Positions 1-12,794 of a stretch of 64,000 nt of DNA are shown here, in pieces. A program made the translations under genes and the position numbers. Under the pieces are notes generated by a model that did not search any database, had not been told where the DNA came from, and worked only from the letters and a program-made list of their open reading frames with translations. The DNA comes from the human T2T-CHM13v2.0 reference genome, Homo sapiens. Position 1 is the stretch's first letter, and the number at the start of each line of letters is the position of its first letter. The stretch lies in assembly GCF_009914755.1 (NCBI RefSeq), contig NC_060935.1, one strand, 5' to 3'.

Positions 1-158
1 AATTACAAATAATCTAGAAATGATTTAAAGCATACAGGAGGATGTCCCTAGGGTATATGCAAATATTACATCATTTTATATCAGGGACATGAGCATGCAC
101 AGTTTCTGGTATCCACAAGGGGTCCTGGAACTAATCCCCCACAGATACTGAGGACTGA
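1..158 (-). mobile_element. MER2 (TcMar-Tigger) DNA transposon end
   Basis: Reverse complement reads cagtcctcagtatctgtgggggattagttccaggacccc...tccctgatataaaatg, matching the MER2 5' end. Confidence 0.75.
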
Positions 159-247
159 CAATCCGATGTGGGTGTTTAACCCATCTGTTTATATAATTAT
201 TTGACACTAATGTTGACTGAGTGCTATTTATTTATTTATTTTGCCAG

Positions 248-336
248 TGTACCCATCAGTGGAACCAGGATGGTTAAAGGCAACTTATGAAGGCAAAACA
301 GGACTAGTTCCAGAAAATTATGTTGTCTTCCTCTAA
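248..336 (+). CDS. ARHGAP42: ARHGAP42 (GRAF3) last coding exon, C-terminal part of SH3 domain
   Basis: Acceptor ttttgccag|TG at 247/248. Reads (V)[31 protein letters not shown], an SH3 signature (GW..., GLVPENYV) typical of GRAF-family RhoGAPs. Adjacent to PGR. Confidence 0.95.
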
Positions 337-994
337 TACTATTTAGTGGATGGCAGTATCTTCATGGTATCCATGGTAACGAATAAATGCTATGATTTTA
401 TCTGACACAGATACACGGGGATCAGCCCACTAAGTGAAAACAGTCAATTTCTATCAAGTTCTTCACCAGCAGACTATGTAGCTCCTTATTAATGGAAAAA
501 AAGATTTAAATTGTTGGCCATTCTTTTTTGGTTGGTTTCTTATTTTAAAATATCTTACTTGTGAAAAATGTGTTTTTGGATAATATGTAACTCTCCACAA
601 TGTCGCTTCCGTAGCAATTGTAGAGTTTCAAATACTGTGTTAAATACTGTATCCCAGAAATTTGGAAACCAGAAATCTGCTATATGGATTTTGAGATCTG
701 TCCTTTACTGCCTGGCATTCTCTGAGGATCTCTGAAATTGTTACTTAAAAATGTAATTTAAATTGTTCATTTATTTTTTTTTTTTTCTTAGAAATATACT
801 GCTTTTATATATGATTGTTTTGCTGGTCCTAAACATTTCAAGGATGTAAGTCTTTGTTTTAATATAACTTTATTTGTTTTCCAAGTAGATGATAATATTC
901 AAAAGCAATAATGTATATGATATCTATAAAGGAAGCAAAATTAAGTCATACACTGATTCCACTGTAAACAATCTGTCCAGAATTCCAGACACCT

Positions 995-1081
995 TCAGCA
1001 AACTTTTTCTGTAAAGGCCTGATAGCAAATATTTTTGTGGTGGGTTGAATTTGGCTTATGGGTTATAGTTTGCTGACACCT
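995..1081 (+). mobile_element. Internally deleted MER58A-like hAT element
   Basis: cagcaaactttttctgtaaaggcc...tagtttgctgacacc termini with an inverted repeat. Confidence 0.6.
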
Positions 1082-3843
1082 AGTTTAGAGGGTGTGTAAA
1101 ACTATCTTCATAACTTTGAGATTTTTATAAAATTTTACATGAAAATATACTGATAAATTATATGCACATATTTTCTACCAGTAGCATTATAGTGGCATCA
1201 TAGAAGAATATTTACCAATGATGGGGAAACTGTAAAACTACAGTATCAAGGCATACAACTTAAATTCCACTTGGAAGATTGTAAAGTGTCAAAGTATTTT
1301 AATGATAATTTAATTTGGGCTTTTGAAATGTTCTTCTACAAATGAAAAAGATGTTTAAAAACGTTACAAGGGAAGCTATGCCTTCTGAAGTCTATCCTTA
1401 GTTGAAACAGAAAATAAACACAAAGGTACAAGATCCTTAAATTATTTTGAACCACAGAGGTTGAAATTGTTTTGTGATCTTCAGCAGAAATAAAATCTGT
1501 ACATGATTTTCTTTTATGCCTTTTAGTTTACAGTCTTTATTAGCAATTTCAGTGAATTTGTAGAGCATAGTAATAGGTATTTACTGTCCACTTATATATA
1601 TCAGCATCTGGTCATGCACGAACCATTAATTCTATATTTCTATTTCAATAATTCTAATATATTATTTCTATAAATGTAATATCTGTATGTGGCAAAGAGC
1701 CTTTCTTCTCAAGATCCTGAAAAGCTGGTTACCTGCCCTTTGAGTGCCACAGTCCTGAACTGCTTGTTCTTGACATCTTGCATATTACTTCAGAGTTCCC
1801 CACTGTGCAGACTCTCAGGTATTAACTGTAAAAAACTCTTTACATGCCATTATTATCTGTAATCTCTATCTCTTCTACTTTAAATTAATGTTTCTAGAAT
1901 TAATAGGTTAAATACACATACACACACACAACTATGCCTCAGAAAAGTTAGGCTTTTACAAATAAAAAGAATAAGATTAGAATTAACAAGTAGAGAGAAT
2001 AACGGTAGGCAGAGTCAGAATCAGGAATAAATATCAGTGAATCAAAAGAATGAAAAATATTATGTAATAAAAATTAGCAATGTAATGTAAACGTTTGATA
2101 AAAGAGTATCTTTTTCTTTTATCTCTTACTGTTGACCTCTGTGCACTGTAATAAGGTGTGTTGCTGGATCTTCTTGGTCGAGGTCCTTGGTGACCTTAGT
2201 AGTAATAACAGCATTGCTGACACCCTAATTGCCCTCTGCTGGAACAGAAGGTAGTTTTCCAGTGTACCAGTCCCTTAGTCTATACAGCACCCTTGGTTTA
2301 AGCACACTTGCCATCATCTGGTATCCTGCTAGACTAGAATCTCTTAAAAGCAAATTGGTTTTCTTTCAAAGACCAACTTGACTCCAAAGAGAGATTCAGA
2401 ATCCTACTTCTCCTGCTGCTGCATAAAGAATCTCAACCTTCATTTTATTTGAACACGGACCAAAGTGTTCCTGCTTCTGAGTTGTCTGTAAGCTAATTCT
2501 GCAGATGTTCCATTCAGATTTAAAGCTTTTTTACTGCATAGGATGTGGATAGGAAGCCTAACTATTGTATCTGATGGCAAGGCATATGTTGCAGCCACAG
2601 TACTGGCTATGGTCCCTTTGCTGAAACAAGCTACAGAAGCACTGATTCAAGTTGTGCTTGTGCTTGAACTTTTAATCTTCTAGATTTGTGAGGATGGCTC
2701 TTTTTCCTTCATAATGGATTACAATGTAAGCAAGTCATGGCCATATACTGGAGACGGGCTAAAGCTGCTTTTCCCTTAAAGTAAGTTTCCTACAGATAAG
2801 GTATTTATGAGCACTGAGAAAGTCAGGACATGTACTCTAAATCACACAGAATGTTAATTCCACAGGAAGGCAATGCCAGACATTGAAAGAGGATCACATT
2901 CAACTTTTAATAGTAGTTCAATAACAAAACCTTAGCTTTTCAGGAACAATGTGAAGATACATTAGAATTGCCACATCCATATCTTCAAAACACGCAACCT
3001 CTGCACCCTAATAACTGCTTACGGTATAATCAGTATGATGATGAGATTGAGGGGGTCTAAATTTAAGTTCCTTATCTCCTGAGTTATGTGAAAATATCCC
3101 TCAGTACAAAACATTTGTGTGTTTCACAGATGACTCTCTTGTTTTGCCGTAATGCTACCAAGTTTATGGAAACTAGTCAACTGAAGGATTTTTCTGTTGT
3201 GTTATGTGTAAATGTCTGAACAGTAAAATCATCTGTGTATTCCTGTAACATTCACGAAGTATGAGGAAGTGGGTTTCTCCTTGTTTGATGTGAGTGGTTT
3301 TGCTTGTTGCATGGGTTCCCTGTGCTTTGTAACTTGCATGAACACAACCAGGTTTCTCAACAATGATTTGTCTGCTGACTCTTTTCAGAGATAGTGGAGG
3401 AAAAAAAATGTATTAAAACCCCAAATTATCTAGGTTTCCAAGTAGGAAAAATAAAGTTACATATGACTTTTATTATTATTCGATGATAATTAGCTTTATA
3501 TAATGTGGCATCCTTCATAAAAATTCACTATGTTGTGAGGCAAACAGATTTCTCACTATCATCCAGTGTACCCTGCTCACCTTCTCACTCCTAGCACCGT
3601 TCTTCTGGTCTGTGTTGAAAAGGGTATCATTCATGTGGTTTCAGTTTAGAAGAGTCCCTCAGAGCTTTGCCTCAAGCAATTTCAAATTGTAGTGATACCT
3701 TAAATCATGTATTCAGGATGCCTTCTTTAGCATTTAGAACCCCAACTAGACTTATACTTTGACTAAAGTCAGAGGCAGACCAATTTAGGGAACAGATTTT
3801 GTTCTTTGCTTTTATGATACATTTGTAACTCACAGCTGTTAGC

Positions 3844-4233
3844 ATGACCTCACATCACTGCGTAGGACCCGGAAATCACATCTCCTGGTCAGGTCACGAA
3901 AAAGAACACAGGCTTGACTATTGTCCAGAAGTTACTTTCCCCTTGACTAAAGGTTTCCCCTTAGGGTACACATTGCTATTTAACTTTGCCTCCTACCCTT
4001 TTTTGTTACCTTCCAAAATCAAGACACTTTTAAGAAACAAAGATAGTTTTCTGAACATTCTGTGTCCTGCCTGTCTCCTGTTGATTCGCAGATGTAATAT
4101 CGAGTATTCATCAACTGGTCTCAATTTCCTGAACACATTCACTGTATCCCTCATTGTCACCGTTATCCCCCTGCTTCAAAATGTGCCAGTTCCACTTGGT
4201 AATAACGTTGGGAAAATGCAGGTTTATGAATGA
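3844..4233 (+). CDS. TMEM133: 129-aa intronless ORF formerly annotated TMEM133; lies in ARHGAP42 3'UTR, coding status doubtful
   Basis: ORF track MTSHHCVGPG...KMQVYE (129 aa) with a hydrophobic stretch. Size and location match my recollection of TMEM133. Confidence 0.55.
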   Translation: MTSHHCVGPGNHISWSGHEKEHRLDYCPEVTFPLTKGFPLGYTLLFNFASYPFLLPSKIKTLLRNKDSFLNILCPACLLLIRRCNIEYSSTGLNFLNTFTVSLIVTVIPLLQNVPVPLGNNVGKMQVYE

Positions 4234-6209
4234 TGTGGACTTTTAGAGGATCAAATCAATAAATTGGATTTTTTATTTTTTGAGGGCAGCTGCCCTCACT
4301 GTTTTAAATAAAGAATCTTACATAAGAATGTTGACAACATTCACAGTAAGCCATTGGCAGAAAATTGATCTGCATGTCCTAGACCAATGATTACAAGGTG
4401 TCTGTGGGTCTGTGGTTTAGGGGGCCCAGCCCATCATTCCTTTTCCCCTTGGCACTCATGAGAGAGATGCCAAGTTCAGTGTGGATTTTTCTTGGTGCTC
4501 TATGGAGAAATGGAGTCTGTGTGCTTACTGAAGAGTCCCAAAAACCAGAGACCATTTTCATTTACTGCCATCATAAATATTCTCCACCATTCAAGATGCC
4601 TGTGTACACGGCTATTTGGGAAACTTAAGTGTTGGAGGAGGCAGGGGCTGAAGGTGTCAAAACCTCCTCAGTAGGATAACCCCTTTCTCCCCTTTGGACC
4701 ATCTGCCATCTTTCATGAGTGTTTCCCATGGTGTTTTTGCATCCAGAGTTGACAACAACTCAATTTTGCCTTGAATTTACTCAGTCTTATAAATTAAAAA
4801 TGTGCATTTTATATAAAGATGCATTTTATATAAAAATGCACACCTTTAATCTCTATATGGCAGCATATACATATATATATATAAAATGCACACTTTTAAT
4901 CTCTATATGGCAGCATTTTTGAGGCTTTATATCTGCCCGTGTACCCTCAACTGCCTCCTTTTTGCAGAGAACGATCCCCACAGGAACTGGTCTAAGAACA
5001 CTGTCTGCACATGATTGATGCTTAAAATCCAATATACCACCACATATCAAAGGTTGGGATTTTCAGAGTCCTTCTTGATTTCTGAGCTGAAACCTTAACA
5101 AATAGGGAATTTGGCAGGGAAGACACCTGGGTTTTTAATTCAGAACCCTATTTATATACTGTTAAAATTTGAGGTACTATAGTTTATATAAAAGTCGGAT
5201 GTTAAGATATTATATTTCAGTACTAGGAGCTTCTTTGCAGTCATTAACATGACAAATTAAGTAATAAATATAAAAGTGATTGTCCATAAATTATCATTGA
5301 ATTTTTTGTTTATTTTGTAGTGTTCTGTATTTATCTGCACTTTGTGTATATATACACACATACATATGCCAACATGTAAATAACCTCATGTTTATTCCTA
5401 ATCTAAATTGCCACAATATTTTTAATGTATGGTTACACTGTGTTTTAAATTACTTTAAAAATAAACTTTGTAAGCAGATTTTAATTTAGTCTTTGTACTT
5501 GAAGACCCACTGTGTTGGAGGGCAATTGTCTTGGCTTCATGTAGAGAAAAAACAAAGTTTCTGGTACTGTGAGTGATCACTTTGGTATGGCTAAATCATA
5601 GCAGAATTTGGTGACCTTCTCCTCACAAATTGGTATTCTGCAAGCTTTGGAAAATGTTAATGTTGATAACCTATTAATAATGCAGGTATCCACCGAGGGG
5701 AGAGGGAAATGGGCCATATGCAAAATACTAAATATAACAAGCATACAGGCTTACCTGAAAATATATATGTTTATAAAAGTTTCCAAGTGTACTATGGAAG
5801 AAATATCAGCGTACAAATACCTCCTGTCCATTTTTATTAGTCTTATGAACCTCTTGGTCATGACTTGACTTCTAGGTAAAACTTTGCTTCGCTGCATCAA
5901 AAAAAAAGATAATCGTGTATTTCTTTTGCATTGCTCCATAGATTATTAGAGTGCAGCAAATCACCTTGCCAAAGCTAAGCCTCACAGGTTGACCATTGGA
6001 CAACCTGGCTTGCTCACATAGGTTGTAGTTTTCATCGATATCAGAGGAAAAGAGATAAATTCATGACACAACACCTGTTCAGATATAAGGATTAATGTTA
6101 ACTCCAGTATAGTTAAGCAGGAAAGGACTATTAGGTTAGATATTACAGATTATTCTAGATGAGCTACTGTTTAAGAATGTTGGTTAAGACTGTTGGCCTG
6201 GAATCCCCT

Positions 6210-7290
<1,081 letters not shown>

Positions 7291-8503
7291 AAAAACAAGG
7301 TAACAAAAACTACTCAAAAAATAGTACATGAGCTGGGGATACTTATATCATTTTGGGAATTTAAGTGACTTTTTCAAGAATTAAACATTTTCACTTGTTC
7401 CCCATTAAATTTTGATCTGTGTGTGCAAGATACATCTCCTATTCATCAGTCAATCTCAGGCTTTAGAACAGAGTTGGGCATACATGAATACAGTAGAGTA
7501 AGCCCCTTTCATTAAATGAACAAATTCATTAGCAAAGGAACAAACATTGTAAACCCTTTAATAATTTAAAGAATACGGTTGTGGGCTTGTGTTTTTATGT
7601 CTGTCAATTCTCCCAGGAACAGTGAAATCATTCTTCAACATCCATGAATATATGAATCTACTCTGGAGCCATTTATATGTTAATGGTGTAAACAAACCTT
7701 TACACACATGAACAGGTCTTAAGGGCAGAGGTTAAACAGATTTTCTTCTGTCATTACCAGACCTAGCAACACTTGATTGAGCTGTATAATTTGGGGGTGA
7801 TGTTGAAGAATTCAATTTTCTAAACCATTAAAAATATTCCAAATTTGGAAAATTAAGCTATATTAAACTTGCAGTTGAAGTTTTTGAGCCAAATAAGTTG
7901 TGTTGTTAACTTTGAAATTGTGTATAGCCCAAAACTGAGAAGACAAAATTCTTTTCAAGTTTCCAACATGACAGTTCTTGCTATTAGGGGAAAAAGGGGG
8001 GGAGCTATAGATAAGAACATGAGTTATAGATAAGAACATTAGAAAGTTTTTCGAATAAGATACCCTGGGGAATGCAAATCCCCAAAATACTGGTTGACAT
8101 GCTTGCAAATGCTGTTTCTGGGTATTTGGGGCAAATGAGCCAAGCATAGCATTTAGCTAGACTCCATTTGTTGACAGAAATAAGTTATCTGGAATATTCT
8201 ACCTTTCCAAATGCCAGGAGCCAGTCTGCTGAAAAGCATTCTCTGGATCAGCCTGTGCTAGAGGGAGGAAAACAAAAATACGTATTTCTAACCCTCATAG
8301 ATGTTTATATTCATCACATCACCTATTTACAGACCTTTTTTTTTTTTTTTTTCAAAGAATGGGTGCAATTACCCAATTCAAATAGCTTTCAAAAGTATTT
8401 TTGGAGCAACTGGAACAGAATCATTTTCTTCGAATAAATCTTACTTGGAACCAGTTAAAAATATGAGTCAAGCTGCTAGCCTCAGTGCCTACATGTGTGC
8501 TGA

Positions 8504-8878
<375 letters not shown>

Positions 8879-9499
8879 TAGAGCTTTTCAGAGCAAGGTT
8901 ACCAAATAATTCAGTCCAAGCCTCTCATTGTGCTAATTAGGAAGCTGAAGACCACATTAACATAGTTTCAGCAGAATGGTGAGCTCTTATCTCCTCTGTA
9001 ATCTGCTACCAATTTGTGGATGTGTGGGGAGGGCAGCTTCTCATAGGGTTTGATCTTTGAAAAGTTTATCTGGAAAGGATATCCTTCGAGAAAGGATAAC
9101 TTTCCTGGAGGGTACACACAGAACAGGAAGGCAAAAGGTTAAGTAAGACCCAGCTCACCTTGGCTGTTATAATGAAGAACTTTTTTGCGAGGAGGAGATA
9201 TATAAAAATTTCAGAAAACAGGTATGAAAGGTCTAGCCCGGTGCCTTGCAACTAGTAGGTGTTACTGGATAACAATTATTTTTAAAGACTTAGGGGTTTG
9301 AGTGTGCAGCTTTCTGATGCAAATGCTAACAGAACAAGTGAAATTTTTAAGCTTCGTTGAAAGAAATTAAATAATGGCTCCAGTGTATATGATACATAGC
9401 CATTAATCAAGTGTTTCCCATGCACTGTGTCACAGCAAACTCCAGTCCTCCCAACTACCAGATACCGTCACTGGATGTCTCCTCTGCTCTTTTTATTTT

Positions 9500-9635
9500 T
9501 CCAGGAAAGAAAACTAAGGCTCTGACAGGTGAATTTATCTGGCTTATTCATTATCATATCATTGGTATATGGTAGAGGTTAGACTCAAACCCAGATATTC
9601 TGGCTTGAAACCCAGTACTCTTTTCATTGAACCAC
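9500..9635 (-). mobile_element. MIR fragment
   Basis: gaaaactaaggctc...ggtagagg...actcaaacccag core. Confidence 0.55.
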
Positions 9636-9814
9636 CTCTTTACTACACCAAGTGGAGTATGGTAAGCTTTGGCTACCAGACTTGAAAGAGGTATTTGGCA
9701 AACTCGACCTTCTCCAGAAGAAAGATGAAGATGGTGAGCGCCTTATCGTGTGAATAAGTGTTAGACCTGAGCGTCATTACTCAATGAGTGACCTTTCGAC
9801 CTCTTAAAAGCTGT

Positions 9815-9912
9815 TTAGTTGCAGAATCTCAGACCTTCTGAATCAGAATCTGCATGTTAACAAGCTCCCCAGATGATATGTATAAACGATGAGGTTTAAG
9901 AAGCACAGGTTT
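9815..9912. mobile_element. MER5-like hAT fragment
   Basis: ctgaatcagaatctgcatgttaacaagctccccagatgat motif. Confidence 0.6.
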
Positions 9913-10794
9913 AGCAGAACTATGAACGAGTTCTTTGGGGCTACCTGAGGGCAATTTTGAGATGTTTGAGGGCAAGATATGTCCAACTACTCCAAAAGCC
10001 AAAGATCACTGGGAGAAGTCACAACAATTGAGATTTAGGTTCAAAAACATAATTATATTGCCAAGTCTTCCACAAACGGAACTCAGGAAACAGCTTTCAA
10101 TCACAGGCAGTGTTTGAGTGGGTCTAGATGACCGCTTGTCAAAATTTCACAGAGTAGAAAAATTCAGTAGGCATCTGAACGCATGAAAATTATTGTGCAG
10201 GACCTATTCAAGTCATTGGAGATCCTGAGAAACTTAGATATATTTCCTCTTTTCAAGAGATCCATGGTTTATTGGGGTAACGTACAGATCAATAAAATAT
10301 AATACTATAAAATGCTAAAAAGATTAAGCATTGGGTGTTTAAGAGCCTGAGATAGGGCACTATTCTGAACCTGGGAAATAGCAGAAATGATGGAAAAGAT
10401 AAGAGGATACAAAGAAAGAAGTGTGGATGATTTTACCTGGGTGGATGGTGTTATCAGCCAACCAAATTTTGGCAGAAGTGAAAGGCCAAAAGGAGTAAGA
10501 CCCCAAAGCCAAAAGGAGCAATCCCACCCCAAGACAGGTGGGATTCCACATTACACAAGGGAAGAGGCTACTAGAGGGGTTGGGGAGAGGGAGGCGATAG
10601 AGTGGGTGAAGGAAGAGTTGGGATGAGCTGCATTTACTCTTTCAACCAACATAGTGCCAAACACTGTTCTGGTTGTTAATAACTTAAAAGAATTAGACAT
10701 GGTTTTTCTTCCTGAAAAGTCCATAGCTCAATGAGGGAGACAGATATGTAAGTTAAAGACCACAGTACATGTATTTTTGTACCTATTAACCTCT

Positions 10795-10990
10795 TTTAGG
10801 ATGACTACAGTTAACAATAACCTATTTTATTTTTCAAATAGCTAGAAGAGAATCATCCCAGCTAGAAGAGACTCTTCCCAGCATAAAAAATATTAATAAA
10901 TGTTTCCCCTGATTTGATCATTACACATTATATGAATATGTCAAAATATCACATGTACCCTGAAAATATGTACATCTATGTATCAGTAAT
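10795..10990 (+). mobile_element. L1MA 3' end fragment
   Basis: tgactacagttaacaataa...aaatagctagaagag...atcacatgtaccc. Confidence 0.65.
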
Positions 10991-11487
10991 TTTTTTTAAA
11001 CTCACAGTACAAATGAGGTAAGTATGATAGAGGCACAAAGTATAAAAGGGGCACACAGTAACCCAAGTTTAGAGAGGAAAGAAAGAGAGGATTAGAGAAG
11101 GCTTCACACACAAAAGGAACCATCCTAACTAGACCCTGAAGGACAGAACACCAACAGAAAACAAAGGCAGCAAAGGCCCAGAGACTTCAACAGAGTTTCT
11201 GATGGATTAAATTAATTCTGAGTGGCCAGGTGTTTGGCTGCTTGCTCAAGCATGTTGGCCTGTGAGTGTGGCAGGTAGGATGAGGTAAAAATGAGCACAC
11301 TGGTAGCATGAGGGCCAATCTGAGAAGGCGGGGAGAGTTTAGAGGGGAGAATGATGCCATCAGATTTACCTTTAAGAACACTGGATGGGGGATGGGTGTG
11401 AGGGTGAGTGTGTTTTGGGCACTGTAGGAAGGCTGAGGAGGCAATGTTGCACTGACCCAAGAAATGAACAAAGCCAGTACAAGAAAA

Positions 11488-11515
11488 TGACTCATTTCAA
11501 AGGTCAAGGTGACAT
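11488..11515. promoter_or_regulatory. Candidate ERE with adjacent AP-1 site
   Basis: TGACTCA 11488-11494; AGGTCAaggTGACAT 11501-11515. Confidence 0.45.
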
Positions 11516-12619
11516 GACATGGCCACTGTTCTGAATGGTTAATTTAGGGGATTCAAATGTGGCTCAGATGTCTATAAGTGTGCTAAGGAAGGATCAGTAA
11601 TGCATGCAGTGAAGAAGTTATCACAGCTGAGAAAGGCAGCTGAAGAAAAGGAAGGGGGCACAGTGAGTGGTTAGAATTAGTAAGTTTGGTGATGTGGGCT
11701 GACCTGGCCAGAGCTATTCCTCTTTTTAGTAGCTCTGGAGAGCACAGGCAGCAATGCTTAGAGATTAATTGCTTAATTCCTTTCATAAAATCAGGGGTTT
11801 TAACTTGGGTTCCAAAGACGGACTTTAGGGAGGTCTGTGAATTCCCTGCATTAAATACTAGGTGCTTTGAGTCTCTATATGCATATTTCTTTCCAGAGAA
11901 GGTTCCACAGTTTTGATCAGTTCTCAAAAAGCAACTCCACGTTTGACCCACCTGCTCGCCACACTAAGAAGTACTAAATGGCTGCTGCATACAGAGTGGC
12001 TAGAGGCTGTGGCCGGAATGTCTTTCAGAAGCAAGTATCCACTCTGTGGAAAGTGGGAGTGGAGTTTAACTTGGGGACAACTTAATCCTTCCAATATCTG
12101 GCTGAGAAAGCAATGAGGCTCGGCGGACTCAGCTTAGAAGTTCAGGCTAGCCTACAGATGGTGCCTATTCTTGTGATGAGGGAGTACCCAATGAGACCAC
12201 AATACTTATCATGTGGAAATTTGTGCTGGGAGAGCCCGTGGGATTGCAGAGTATTTATACCCTACTTCTCAGACCACTCTCTGGGTCGGGGTTGTGGCCT
12301 AGAGGCCGAGCAGATTGTTTTTCTTCTGCTTTGTGAACCCAAGAAATCCATCTGCCAGAAAGGATTTTTTCTGGCTATTGCACATCAAGAGGGCCCCATC
12401 ATCCTCTCCTCCATCCTGGGCCTTTCAAGGACTTCAGGGGCAGGCCTGTCTTCGCTCTAGCCAAGGAATGTTGGGTATTGCACGACACAAAGCTATGGGA
12501 TTGTAGAGTAAGTTAAGCTGCCAAGCTTTGCCCAGCCTTTCCTGCTACTCGAGGTAAGTCTTACCTGCTGCAGACCCCCCTCCTGGGTAGGTTTCTAAAG
12601 TGCCTCATTTAAGGATGCA

Positions 12620-12790
12620 AGCTCTAGAATTAGAGGCTCTGGGTTCATATCCCAGCTCTGCCACTTACTAGCCATGTGACCTTGGGCAAGTTACTTAACC
12701 TCTGTGCCTAATTCCCCTTGTGTAAATTGAATATAAACATGGTACCTTCCTCAGAAGGTTATTACGGGAATTCCATGAGATGGTATTTGC
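12620..12790 (+). mobile_element. MIR
   Basis: cccagctctgccacttactagccatgtgaccttgggcaagttacttaacctct. Confidence 0.85.
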
Positions 12791-12794
12791 CAAG

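Larger units (their letters stand above)
337..5485 (+). other. ARHGAP42: ARHGAP42 long 3'UTR (distal poly(A) signal AATAAA 5460-5465; proximal AATAAA e.g. 382-387, 1413-1418)
   Basis: AT-rich, repeat-poor sequence after the stop. AATAAA is followed by U/GU-rich sequence. The cleavage position is estimated. Confidence 0.75.

Noticed and set aside
3789-3805. GGAACA...TGTTCT hormone-response-like palindrome
   Set aside because: Spacer is 5 bp rather than 3.
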